From NCBI RefSeq assembly GCF_009914755.1, contig NC_060928.1: a stretch of 64,000 nucleotides of DNA. One strand, written 5' to 3'. A program made the position numbers and the translations under genes. This DNA comes from the human T2T-CHM13v2.0 reference genome, Homo sapiens. Positions 14,474 through 28,944 of the stretch are shown piece by piece; the stretch's first letter is position 1, and each line of letters opens with the position of its first letter. The notes under the pieces were generated by a model. It did not search any database. It had not been told where the DNA came from and saw nothing but the letters and a program-made list of their open reading frames with translations.

Positions 14474-15003
14474 CTGTCATTTTATTGAACATGTAACCCA
14501 TGAAAAGACATGAGGCTCAATTATGCATGCACATATTTCTCCTTTCATAAACATTTATGACTGATGCTGTAGTTTATTAAATATGTAATTCAGCCACCAC
14601 ATTCAGCATATCCTTCCCTCCTTCAAAGTACTTGATCTCAGCTTTTGCCAGAGGCTGTGCTTCCCAGCCTGAAGGATGACCAGCATGCAGGCTGCAAACC
14701 TTTATGAGAAATAAAGCTCTTCTTTTCAAATTTTTGAACCTTGTGATTCTTCAGTTGACAGAGTCTATGATACTCTTTGAACCAATATGTCCAAAATCAA
14801 ACTCATGGCTTCTCAAAAACTTTATTTCTAACCTTCTTATTTCAGTTGAGGGAAACTGTATCCTTTTAGGTACTCAGGTCAAAATCATTGGAGGTACATT
14901 CCTTGACTCTTTACTTTTTCTTATAGCTTTGCATCCAATCTGTTAGGAAATCCTGTCATCTTTCCTTTCAAATTATATTCAGAGTCTGACTCATTCTCAC
15001 CAC

Positions 15004-15400
15004 TGTGGAAGCCAAGGGAAAACTTCCCCTTTGCCCTCTGAAGGTTCACTGAAAATCAACAGACAAAAGGTAAATTAATAGAAGAAAAGGCATATAAATA
15101 TATTCATGGGTATGGAAGTCTTACAAAATATAAGATCCCCAAAAAATTGCCCAACAGTTGACACTTTCGTACCTTCTTGAGAATACAGAAGGATTGGGGG
15201 CTTGGAGCATGGCAAAACTGGTTATGGTGAAAAAATAGGTTATGAGAAGAAAAGAAGAGGAGGCCTGGCTAACAAAGGGTGGTCTTGTTATGTAGATGAA
15301 ACATCACAGGTAGCAGCCCTCATAAAGAACAGATGGTGTTTCTTTGAGAAATATTTGAAATCTTTCAAATATTTTTGGGTAAATACTTTTGTTTCTTTCA
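15004..15400 (-). mobile_element. LTR24/LTR36-like (MER4-group ERV1) solo LTR with internal deletion
   Basis: TG/CA termini; exact TSD CCAC (15000-15003 / 15401-15404); homologous to 17716-18230. Confidence 0.75.
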
Positions 15401-15712
15401 CCACCATTCACGTCTAAACCACCATAACCTTCCACTTAAAAAAAAATTCCAGCCAGAATTATGCTCTGCTAGAAGTGAGATTTATGTTATTTTGCTCAAA
15501 TGGAGCTGTTTGCAAAAGAACAAAGTCATTTTGATGGCCTGTAACATCTGGTATAATCTGACTCCTGACTCCTGATCTTTCTTACCTCATTCCCTTTTTC
15601 TTTTCTTTCGCTCACACTTCCAGACACATTGGTTTCCCTGCTTTTCCTCAAACATCCCAGGCACACCCTCGCCTCAGGATATTTGCACAAGCTTTTCATT
15701 TCTACCTGAAGT

Positions 15713-16530
15713 TGATATGGGAGAGTTAACTGATTCTCCTTGCAGGACGTGTGACAGGGGTGTGGATCGCCTGCTTGGTTGCCCTGCAGCTCAAACCCCT
15801 AGGGTGAGCATTCAGACAGGCAGGTGCAGAGTCCAGGCAAGTGGTTTTGGGCTCCAGCCCACAGCAGTGCCTAGGGGTGGTATCTGACTCCTGAATTCCA
15901 AGTGGCCATAGGTTACAGAGCTCTTTCAGATTTGCCATCATCAGGCAGCTTGTGTATTAATCAGCTCAATGAACCCTCTGCCTTATAGCAAGGACAGAGG
16001 ACCAATGTGACAGCCTTCTGTATCCCAAGCTCTTAACCAGTGTCCTGAAAGAATCATACCACACGCAGGCTCAGATGATGGGTGTAAGGTTTTATTGAGC
16101 AGTGGAGGTGGCTCTCAGTGACATGGATGGGGAGTGGGAAGGACGATGGAGTAGGAGGGTGGTCTTCCCCTGGAGTCAGGTAGCCCAGCAGCTGGACTCT
16201 TCTCTGACCACACCGGCCGACCTCCCCTAGGTGTCCAGATGTTCCTCTTTTTCTCTTTTTCTCTGCTGTGTTGTTTTGCCATCGCTGGTCTGCTGGCCTG
16301 CTGATCTCAACATTCAACTGCTTGTGTGTGTGCTCACTAAGGTCTCAGGTTTATATGGGCACAGGATAGGGGACATGGCAGGCTAGAGTGGTCTTGGAAA
16401 ATGAAACATTTGGGTGTGAAAACAGGAGTGCCTGTTCTCACTTAGGTCCGTGGGGACAGGCCTGATGGTAGAGCCCTTGCCAGGGACCCTGTCCTTTTCT
16501 ACCCAGCACTTCCCTGCACCCCCCATATCA
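15713..16530 (-). mobile_element. LTR1-family (LTR1D-like) ERV1 solo LTR
   Basis: Reverse complement begins TGATATGGGGGGTGCAGGGAAGTGCTGGGTAG; exact TSD AAGT (15709-15712 / 16531-16534). Confidence 0.85.
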
Positions 16531-16619
16531 AAGTGATCAACCACCAAATATCTACATGGAAAACCCACTTTGCTCATATGTCCTTATTGCAATTATTCCA
16601 TCCTGTCAAACAACTCTGT

Positions 16620-17346
16620 TGATACCAGCAGTGAATTTGTAGCGCTCTGCAGCAAACTTGATCCTTGCTTCCTCGGAGGAAAAAACTTGGGTGAGGTGCA
16701 GAAGTAGGTTTAAGGTAGAGGGAAGGAGCAAGGCGGCTTTTAGAAAAGGAGTGAGAGTTTATTAAATAGTCTTAGAGCAGGAGTGAAAGAAAGCAAAGTA
16801 ACTTGAAAGAGGGCCAAGCAGGCAACCTGAGAGATCCATGTGCCCCATTGAGCCTTTAACTTGGGGTTTTATATGTTGATATCACTCCAGGTTTTTGTTT
16901 TGTTTTGTTTTAATCCTCCACTGAGTCTTCCCTTGGGGTAACTGTTGCCCAACTGCAGCATCTGAAGTGTCGGTTAGCACGTTGGGATGGTGACCACATG
17001 CATAGTGCGTTTACTGAAGTTGTGCTCATGCTCTCTAGGGTCAATTTACCTCTACCGGTCAAATGCCCCCAGAGGAAAATCATATATCTGCCATTTTGCC
17101 TCTTAGTGCACATGCTTGAGCTCGCTTGTCCAACTCCTGAGATCCTATTGGGAAGCAGCTGATTTCCAGCTCCAGGTGTTTTCTTTCTACTGGGAGACTA
17201 TCAGCCCCTGGCACCAGCTGTGACTAATTATTATTTTGGAATGACAGTTTAACAATCACCTGACTATCACCTGATGGTTGCTTGACATTCCTGGGTGGGG
17301 GCCCTCTCCTGCCCTGCTCATGTGTGTCTAGCTACCTACTCTAACA
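16620..17346 (-). mobile_element. MER50 ERV1 solo LTR
   Basis: Reverse complement begins TGTTAGAGTAGGTAGCTAGACACACATGAGCAGGGCAGGAGAGGGCCCCC; TSD CTGT/CTAT. Confidence 0.88.
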
Positions 17347-17715
17347 CTATTACATATTATAACCACCTCTCTTTTCTACTTTTATAGCATATATAAATTT
17401 CTAACACGCAATGTATTCATGTATTTGTATAGTTTTATTTTTTTTATTTTTTATTTTTTGCTTTTTTTTTCTTTCTGCAATGTACCTACCATGTGACAGG
17501 GAACTTATTTCTTTTTTCACTGATACATACTAGGCAACCAAATCAACACTTGGTATATATCAAATTATTTATCTTCTGAAATGCATATTTTTAAACTTGT
17601 TGAATATCTTTTCAAACTAAATGCACTTTATAGGTGATAGTAGGTCATAGATCAACTGAAAAAATATTTTTATTTTTATTTGTGGATAAAATAATACAGT
17701 ATATTTTGCCATCTA

Positions 17716-18230
17716 TGTGAAATAAATTGAAATATTTTACCGCAAAACATATGTATTTGATATGTTTTGAGATGACTCTTCAGATGGCCTGCCAACAGAA
17801 TTACCCCTGCAAAGGGAGATTTGCATCTGAAGAAAACCTGCAGTGATGCAGCCAGACTTTATCTCAAACTCTCTCTTGGAAAGATTAACTGATAGTCTGA
17901 CACCTTTAAAGCTCTGAAAGAAACACCACATATTCTCTCTGAGGGTTGCTACCTGTGAGATTTTATCTATATAAGGAGATCACCTTTTCCAGCCAAGCCT
18001 CCTTTTCTCTCCCCTCCCATAATCTTTTTGCCACCATAACCTGATTTACTATGTTTCAATCCTCTATTCTTTCTAAAACCTCAAGATAATATATAAACTT
18101 CTGAACCTTATTAGGGATATTGGGAGTAATCATTGTATGGTTCTTCCCTGCATGTGTGTTAATAAATTTGTATGCCTTTTCCCTGAATTATCTCCTTTTG
18201 CCAGCTGATTTTTCTCTGAACCTTCACTCT
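17716..18230 (+). mobile_element. LTR24/LTR36-like (MER4-group ERV1) LTR
   Basis: AAATATTTTACCGCAAAACATATG...GGGAGATTTGCATCTG...TTAATAAATTTGTATGCCTTTT; 3' end appears truncated. Confidence 0.75.
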
Positions 18231-19932
18231 GACGTATGACATGCAAGTTTTAATAAAAGACAGCGGAAGACATTTTATATGTATTTGTTGAATGAAATAA
18301 CAAGTGACTAAGAAAAAACAAAGCAGTTTTTCCCTTAAGGTGTTTGCACACTAGTTGAGTAGAAATATTTGTAAAGGTGCATTTATGATAATGGACCCTG
18401 CAAACTGTCATAAAGGCAGCATTGAATACAAAAAAGATTTACTATTATTGCTGAGTGAAGAATAGAAAAAGATAAGGAAAGCTATTGCCACCACCAGTAG
18501 GAAGGCAAGAAGTGTTGTTCATACGGGGTAGAAAATGGTAGGTCAGAGAGAAAAGAAGCTAATTTGGAAAGTGGTCTGTGGTGGTAATAGAGGGTCATCT
18601 GCAATGTAAAATTATTAAAGTATAGAAGTTTTCCTGTTTTCTTTTTGAATACTTTCTTAAGGTTATTACAGTAAACCTTTGTCCTAATTGTGCGTTGTAT
18701 ATATAAAATTCAAGTTTATGTTGATTTACTCATATGTCCTCTTTCCTGATCATGAGAGTTTGATTTTGAAATCTGGGAAATATGATTTCAGTTATTTTCG
18801 GAATAATTAGAAAATTAGTCATATGAATTTGTGACTATGTATTTCTCCAGGATGTCCTTAATGTCTGGAAACAGAGTTAATATATATATATATTCTTAAA
18901 TTGAAGAGATGCTTGTTCCCTGACTTCATAAACACCCTCTAGAGATGTTTGCAGAGCTTTTAAAAGGTTAAAGCTGAGATGGTATGGGTAAACCCAGGTC
19001 ACAGAATTGCAACCTCAAGTTTATTATTAGAGAGAAAGAAAGAAATGGGAGAAAAGTGCAGTTAGGATTTTCTTTGTCATTAAGTTTACTGTAAACAGTT
19101 TACCTTGTTATAGGATGATAGTGTGAGGCTATCTTTGTTGTTGTTGTTGTTTTTGTTTTGGTGGAGTGAAAGTGAGTTTGAGAAACATCTTTCTACAGAT
19201 AAAATTAACTGTCTAAATTACACCAAACTTTTAAATTGAGACCATAAGTTAGGCACATTGGAATTAGACAGAATATCAAACACATGTTGAAAATTTGGAG
19301 AAAGAACCAAGCACACATTAAATACACATAGCCCTGACTTAATGTGTTAAATATAGCAAAAAACAAATTATAAATATCACATAAATATGGAGAAAGAAAA
19401 ATACTAGACGTGTTCAAGGTGCAGGAATAAAATAGTAAATATCTATAAACTCTAACTAGATTTAGCTTTAGTCGATTCATAAAATAATGTGAACAAAGAA
19501 GTATAAGATATATTACAAAATATCTTTTCTGAAGAAGATGAAATTTCATCTAAATCAGTCATATGAAATGAAATAATTGTTTTGACAAATCTAGGTAGCC
19601 CACCAATATAGAGGGTTGATGATTGTTTCACTTTTTTTTCGTAAAAACTGAAGGAACACCTCGTATTCTAACCACAGGACAATGTACTACATTAAATATG
19701 AAGTATATCTTCTTGGGAGAGCCTCTAGTTGACTGTAGCCTTCTTAAATAGACAGTTGTTTATTTTTTGCTATTGTTTATCACTAGAGCCCAATTATCTA
19801 GCACAGTGTTTGACACATAGTATGTAATTATTAAATAAACATTTAAGAAATAAATGTTGAATAATAGCCTGCTGTTAATATAAGTTTTAATGAGGATCTA
19901 TGTTGGAAATTTTGAGATTAAAGAATTAATGC

Positions 19933-20870
<938 letters not shown>

Positions 20871-21079
20871 TCTCTTTCTTTGCCTAGACCATATTTATAG
20901 ACTGAAAATAAAGGCATGGAAAAATACACGTTATGCAAATAGAAACCAAAATCATCAGGAGTAGCTATACTTATATCAGACAAAATAGATTTCAAGACAA
21001 AAACTATAAAAGGAGAAAAATAATAAATAAATGGTCAATTCAGCAAGAGGATATAACAATTATACAAGTATATGCACCT

Positions 21080-21391
21080 GGCCAGGCGCGGTGGCTCACA
21101 TTTGTAATCCCAGCACTTTGGGAGGACGAGGCAGGTGGATCACCTGAGGTCAGGAGTTTGAGACCAGCCTGACCAACAAGGTGAAACCCCTTCTCTACTA
21201 AAAATACAAAACAATTAGCCAGGTGTGGTGGCAGGCTCCTATAGTCCCAACTACTTGGGATGCTGAGACAGGAGAATTGCTAGAACCCAGGAGGCAGAGG
21301 TTGCAGTGAGCCAAGATCACGCCACTGCCAAGATCGTGCCACTGCACTCCAGCCTAGGTCATGGAGCAAGACTCTGTCTCAAAAAAAAAAA
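21080..21391 (+). mobile_element. AluS SINE with 17-bp internal tandem duplication
   Basis: Dimeric Alu with A-tail; GCCAAGATCACGCCACT-GCCAAGATCGTGCCACT duplication; TSD AAGTATATGCACC. Confidence 0.95.
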
Positions 21392-22872
21392 AAGTATATA
21401 TATATATATGCACCCAACATTGGAGCACCCAGATATATAAGGCAAATATGATCACAGCTGAAGAGAGAGATGGACCCCAATACAATAATAGCTAGAGACT
21501 GCAACACTCCACTTTCAGCATTGGACAGCAAATAAACAAAGAAACAACTGACTCAATCTTCACTATAGACCAAATGGACCTAATAGATATTTACAGAACA
21601 GCTGCAGAACACACATTCTTCTCCTCAGCATATGGATCATTTTCAAGGATAGACCATATAATAGACTACAAGTCTTAAAAATTCAAAAAAAAATAAAATT
21701 ATATAAAGTATTTTCTCTGACCACAATGAAATAAAACTAGAAATCAATATTGTTAAAATGTGCATACTACCCAAAGCAATGTACAGATTCAATGCAATGC
21801 CTATCAAAATACCAATGGCATTCTTCATAGAAATAAGAAAAACAATCCTAACATTTATATGAAACCACAAAAGATTCAGAATAGCCAAAGCTATTTTAAA
21901 CAAAAAGAACAAAACTGGAAGAATCACATTACCTAACTTTAAATTATACTACAGAGCTATAGTAACCAAAACGGCATGGTCCTGGCATAAAAACAGACCC
22001 ATAGACAATGGAAGGGAATAGACAACCCAGAAACAAATCCATATACCAACAGTGAATTCATCTGTGACAAAGGTGCCAGGGACACACACTGTGGAAAAGA
22101 TAGTCTCTTCAATAAATGGTGCTGGGGAAACTGGATATCCATATGCAAAATAGGGAAACTAGACTCCTGTCTCTCATCATATATAAAAATCAAATCAAAA
22201 TGAATTAAACAATTAAATCTAAGACCTCAAACTGTGAACCTACCAAAAGAAAACATTGAGGAAACTCTCCAGGACATTGGAGTGGGCAAAGAGTTCTCGA
22301 GTAACACCCCACAAACACAGGCAACCAAAGCAAAAATGGACAAATGAGAGTCACAAGTTAAAAAGCTTCTGCACAGCAAAAGAAATAATCAACAAAGTGA
22401 AGAGACAATCCACAGAAAGAGACAAAATATTTGTGAACTATCAATAGTTCAATAACCAGAGATCAATAACCAGAATGGAATATATACAGAGTAAAACCAG
22501 TTCTATAGGAAAAAATCTAATAATCTAATCAGAAAATGGGTAAAGTATCTGAATAGACACTCCTCAAAAGAAGACATACACATGGCGAACAGGTATGTTG
22601 AAAAATGTTTAGCATCACTGATCATCAAAGAAATGCAAATCAAAACTACAATGAGACATCATTTCACCCAATTAAAGTAGCTTTTATCCAAAAGACAGGC
22701 AAAAGAGAATGCTGGCAGGGATGTGGAGAAAAGAGAACGCTTATACACTCTTGATGGAAATATATCTTAGTATAGTCACTATGAACACCAGTTCCTTATA
22801 AAGCTAAAAGTAGAACTACCATAAGATCCAGCAATCCCACTGCTCAGTATATACCCAAAAGAAAAGAATTCA

Positions 22873-23162
<290 letters not shown>

Positions 23163-24034
23163 GGAAAAGAAATCAAAGAGCTATCTACACTCCCGTGTTT
23201 ATTGCAGCACTACTCACAATATCCAAGATTTGGAAGCAATGTAAGTATTAATCAACAGATAAATGGATAAAGAAAATGTGGTACATATGCATAATGGAGT
23301 GCAATTCAGCCAGAAAAAAGAATGAGATCCTGTCATTTGCAACAACATGGATGGAACTATGAGACATTATGCTAAGTGAAATAAGCCAGGCACAGAAAGG
23401 TAAACTTTACATGTTCTTACTTATTTGTGGGAGCTAAATATTAAAACAATAGAACTCATGGAGATAGAAAGTAGAATGATGGTTACTAGATACTTGGAAG
23501 GGTACTGGTGGGGCAGGGATGTAGGAGTAGTTGATGGTTACAAAAATGTAGTTAGACAGGATAAGTAAGATTTAGTATTTGATAGCACAATAGGCTGACT
23601 ATGGCCAACAATAATTTGCTGTACATTTTCCAATAACTAAAATAATATAATTGAAATGCTTGTAACACAAAGGAATGATAAATGCTTGAGGTGATGGATA
23701 CCCCATTTATCCTGATGTTATTATTATGCATTGTATGCCTGAATCAAAATATCTCCTGTACCCCGTAAATATACATACCTACTATGTACCCATAAAGGTT
23801 TTAAAAAGTTTCACAGGCAACCAAAAAAATTGATAAATGTTCATTTATACCTAGAACTGTAAATTATCTATCATGGATCAGTTTGAACCAAGTCAAGTTT
23901 AAAACTTGTTTTTGCAATAATAACAGTAAGGAATGTAATAACCATGGGTACTAAGTATTAGCACCTTAGCAGCTTATTAGGTGATATATTATATAGAATT
24001 CCAAGATTATATATTATATAGAATCCCAACATTT

Positions 24035-24509
24035 GTTGGCTAAAATAAAAACAGTGGGCCAGAAATTCAGAAACACTTTGCTGAGTTCCTTTGGCTTAGA
24101 TTCTCATGAAGTTGCAGTAATTATGTCATCAGGGCCCAGTGTCATTGCAAGACTTGACTACGATGGGGAAGTTTTCATGGTTTTGGCAGGAGGCATTGAT
24201 TTCTTACCACAAAAGCCTCTCCATAGCCTCACTTCCTTTAAATGTGAGCCTTTGTTAAGACTGCTCATGCCATGACATCTAGCCTTCCTTGGAGCAAGTA
24301 ATGAGAGAGAGGGGAAGAGAGAGAAAGAGAGAGAGAGAGAGAGATGTCTTCTATAATCAAGTCTCCAAAGTGACAAAAGACCACTTCACACTTGATTCTA
24401 TTAGAGGCCAGCCAATAATTTCAACCCACACTCAGTGGAAAAAATATTAGGCTCTACCTCTTAAAAAGAGGAGTACCAAAAACTATGTAGCTATTTTAAA
24501 ACTACCACA
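24035..24509 (-). mobile_element. MLT1F-like MaLR LTR with (GA)n tract
   Basis: Ends TTTTAAAACTACCACA (reverse complement TGTGGTAG); MLT1-type body. Confidence 0.7.
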
Positions 24510-25104
24510 GGTTTATTAACATATTTGTCTTCAAGCCTCCAGGGATTCTCACTTTACTATTGTATTTTGATATTGTCACAACTTATATAGATTTTTAATT
24601 ACATAAATAATTCAAGGTAATTGAAAGAAAGGTATGATGACTAGTAGTAGTAGTAGCAAAAAAATTAAACTTCATAAGCTATAGGGAGTGGGTAGAAAAA
24701 GTAAAATTGAAAATACATATGACAGAGCAAACAATAGACAGATCAGTGTTTTAAAGCAGATAAAGACAAAGGTTTCAAGAGAAAAGTTATCTAAGAAAAA
24801 TTTGTCCTTTGATATTAAAATAAGTTATAAGAATCGTGAAGATATAAATGAATGTCTTAGGAGGGGTGGGGGAAATAATTATGTTTTGCTTAATGATGTC
24901 TATTTTCTCAGTGAAGTACAAATAAAGATTCTTTGTTGAGAATTAGAAGACCACTGGTTAGTAGAAAATGTGCAGAGATGGGAAGACATTTTTAACAATG
25001 TCGTAGGATAAAGGAAAGTTCTAGGATTAAAAATTAAACACTAGGGAAGCTTTCAAAGCTCAGTTGATGTTGTAATTCCTATATATGGTGGCATTTAGCA
25101 TTTC

Positions 25105-25340
25105 AGGCTGTCATTTATTGAATGTTTATTTTGTGCAGTGTACCGAACTAAGTCCTGTGCAGATACTAGCAGGTTTATTCTCATCACAACCATTTGAGGT
25201 ATGTGTTATTATTTTAGATAAAAGGGAAACTGGAAATCCTGGAGATATTTTACCTTCCAATGTCAAACAACTACATGCAGCATAGGCAAAATTTAAATCA
25301 AGGTCTATGTAACACAAATATTTATGCTATTAACAACTAC
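25105..25340 (-). mobile_element. MIR SINE
   Basis: catttattgaatgtttattttgtgc...tctcatcacaaccatttgaggt...gataaaagggaaactg core. Confidence 0.7.
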
Positions 25341-25792
25341 TTTGGGTACCAGGAGGTACCTTGCTTCAGTTTAGGAGCAGGGATGTGGAATCATTCATCT
25401 GGAGCTAGATGCTATTAAATTTAACCAAGAAAGAAAGAATAGAAAACAAGGAAAACAAGGATGCTGATGATAATGTCATTTGGGATATTGATCATGAGAT
25501 TCAAGTTAGATCCGAAAAGGAAATGAGAAGAGGCTTGATAGACTGAGGAAACATGGAAGGGGTCAAGAAAGCATCATCCCGTTTCCTGAAGCATCAATAA
25601 TTATTGATTCACACTACTGCATACACATGAGACCCTGCTTCTCTACCTCAAACTGTCAGAACTAGAGTTATCCTAGAGGTCATCTAACCAGTTTCATAAT
25701 TTTTGAAATAAAAATCTAACATTTAGAAATATCAGAGACAAGATTGTTGAAACTGAGGTTAAGTGGAATTTTTCTTGTTGCTTCATAATTGA

Positions 25793-26162
<370 letters not shown>

Positions 26163-27149
26163 TAGGTTCTTACATTCTAAGGACACCTACAATTAAAGAC
26201 TGATGACCAAGTCCATCTCTTACCAAGTGTATCGGAGCAGAAAACTAGCACAGGAAGAAGTTAGAATAGGACGTTCGATGGGTCCAGGATTTACGAGCCT
26301 GGAACTCACATAATTTTGGAGTCCCACTTACAAATATACAAATACCTTTACTATTTGCACATTTTATAAATTCAATAACTAAGTAAATATAATTCTAGAT
26401 CTTATCCTTTGCAAATAAGGGGTCCAGAAACTTAATCTTCAGGAATTTATGGTAAATTATTTCTTAGTAAGGAATCAGTCATATTATTATGAGTTCAGGA
26501 TTTGTAATGAGAGGTGAAGTTCTACCATTTCTTGGTGAAAGAAAGAAGCTACATTGTCTGTGTTCAAACCAAATGAGAAGAAAGTCCAAAAAATATGTTC
26601 CATAACTAATAATAATGTAAGCAACAATATTGCTGATTTGCCCTGTATTTGTGTGTGCAGCGAATGAGAATGAGGAGGAGCCCAGTATTTTACATGGAAA
26701 TTACAGTGCATTCAGTTGACGTATTGGAAGGTAATTGGGTTAAAACTGTCCTGTGAGCATTTCTTTGAAGAGGGGCTTTCCACTTGGTGAGCAGACACCA
26801 GCAGGAAGAGACTGTGAGATGAACCACCTTAAGACCCTCCAAATAATTCATACATGTGCCCCAGTGAGGGCCTGTATTTGGATGCTTGATACATGGAGGA
26901 CACCTATTGACAAGAATTAGAGAAGCATCTAGGAGAAACAAGGAGGGTTTTACATCTGTGACCTTTTACATAAAGAGATGCTAGTGCCTTTTCTTTAATC
27001 TTTCTGTCTCTAGACACAGAAGAGTTAAGGGAGGAAATAAAAGAGAAGCTCAAAATCTCCTCTTTACATCCTCTTTAAATGGCCTTATTTGTCACAAAGA
27101 GATAAGTAAAAGGGTTTCACTAAAGTTCAGTAGAAAATAATAATGAGAG

Positions 27150-27151
<2 letters not shown>

Positions 27152-27184
<33 letters not shown>
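27152..27184. repeat. (CA)~16 microsatellite
   Basis: Perfect dinucleotide run. Confidence 0.97.
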
Positions 27185-27186
<2 letters not shown>

Positions 27187-28089
27187 TTGTATCCCATTTT
27201 GTTGAAACTTCTTTGTAACCCATGGTGAGACCTCAAAAAATTGTACAGTTAGAATGTGTTAGTATTAGGTGTAGAATTCAGGACTCCACTCTGCTTTCAT
27301 CTTTCCATAAAACCAAGCTACTGCCTTTGTAACTTGAATTCATACATCAACTATGATCTAATCACATTTATTAAATGCATGGTTTTATGAAAGACAAATA
27401 TTTCCTTCTTTATTATTAAATTATGATGAAGTATGTACTATGATTCTGATACTACTCAAAAACAAAGGAAGGATGGCCAAGCTCAACCTCTCACCTTTTC
27501 AGTTTTTCCTATGCAAATCAACAAATCTCCTAAGCAACCTAAAACAGGACAGCTAATATAAATGTTAATTGCTCCAAAATCCCCATTTCTCTGTCTTTAC
27601 CTTCTTGGGTTCATATTATGTTCATTTTGTTCATTTCTCAAGCCATTACCTTGTTTAATAACTTAGAATGGCACCATTGTGCATCAAGAAGCCTAACCCT
27701 GAATTGTTAATCTGTAATTAATTTCTCATCTCAACCAATCTCATCTCATCCATCTAGTCATTGACCCCAGTTTTAAACCTCAGTATTACTCTTCACAAAA
27801 ATTACAGTCATTATCACATTCTTCTTCTACACTCCAGGGTACTTGAAGAGGTGCTTTAAATCAGTACCTGCTTCAAATGAGTGTGCTTAGAATTTTTAGC
27901 ATCATGTTGGCACAAGGTTTTTGCTTGCTGAAGAAATCTGGAAATTTGAGACTTAGATGCATTTAAGCCTCAAAAATACCTTACAGATAATATTAAATCC
28001 TGACTAGTTTTTAGAAAACTCAATTAAAGAGAATAAATTAATCTTTACTCTTACTTAATAGAAAGCCATGTTATTTATGAAACCATTTT

Positions 28090-28460
28090 ACTTTAACGAA
28101 TATTTACTAATCTTCTATTATATGTAAAATGTCAGTGATACCATAGTAAATGTATAAGACAAAAACCCTTATGTCCACAGAACTTAAAGTTTAATTGATA
28201 ATGAGGAACTACAGAAAACATAAGTCAAGTGGTAGGGATTTAGTAGGCAATAATTGCTTTGTAGAACATTAGAGAAGGAAACAATGATGGAGAATACAGG
28301 GCTGAGTGTTTAATTATAAGTCAAGGAATGCATCACTGAAAAGAGGACAGTGATAAAGGCTTAGAGAGGTAAGGGAGTGAGCCTGGAACTATCCTGGGAA
28401 AAGCATTCCAATCAGAGAGAACAGCCGATGCAAAGATTCAAAATGGTATTGGACATATTG
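28090..28460 (-). mobile_element. L2 LINE 3' fragment
   Basis: tttaacgaatatttactaa...gggaaaagcattccaatcagagagaacagccgatgcaaag. Confidence 0.7.
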
Positions 28461-28561
28461 TGTTTTATGATTCATAAATTCAATTCTGGCCAACTTACTG
28501 ATATGAAGTTTGATATTATTGATCTCAGAGTAAATTTTAACCACTTCATATGACAGTTAAC

Positions 28562-28944
28562 TGTTATGGGCTGACTGTTTAGGGGACTATGTCCATCCAA
28601 AATGTGTATGTTGACGTTCTAACCACTAGTACCTGAAAATGCGACTATTTGGAGATAAGGTGTTTAAAGAAGTAATTGAGAGTAAATAATATCAGGAAGG
28701 TATCCCTAATCCAATATGACTTGTGTCCTCATAAGAAGAGATTAGGATATGGATATACATAGAGGGAAGATCATGTAAAGACATCCTCTACACGTTAAGC
28801 AGAGAGATCTTAAAATAAACAAACTTGGTGACATCTTGATCTTAGACTTACTTCTAGCCTTCAGAACTGTGAGGAAATTAATTTCTATCATTGAACCCAC
28901 ACAGTTTGTGGTATTTTGTTATGGCAACCCTCACAAACTAATAC
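28562..28944 (+). mobile_element. MLT1B-like MaLR solo LTR
   Basis: TGTTATGGGCTGA...GTGGTATTTTGTTATGGCAACCCTCACAAACTAATACA. Confidence 0.85.

Larger units (their letters stand above)
12996..14760 (+). mobile_element. MER39-like ERV1 solo LTR, interrupted by two nested LTRs
   Basis: TG...CA termini; 4-bp TSD GAGT (12992-12995 / 14761-14764); AATAAA near the 3' end; GGGGACCCAAGAGAAAACTTGAAAACTGAGTTCCTGGCC motif. Confidence 0.8.
12715..17590 (+). mobile_element. Single L2 LINE split into colinear pieces (~12715-12995, 14761-15003, 15401-15712, 16531-16619, 17347-17590) by LTR insertions
   Basis: L2 ORF2/3' motifs resume in register after each LTR TSD. Confidence 0.7.

Noticed and set aside
15004-18230. 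Two LTR24-like LTRs as terminal inverted repeats of a composite element
   Set aside because: The first has its own exact TSD and the L2 continues through; these are independent insertions
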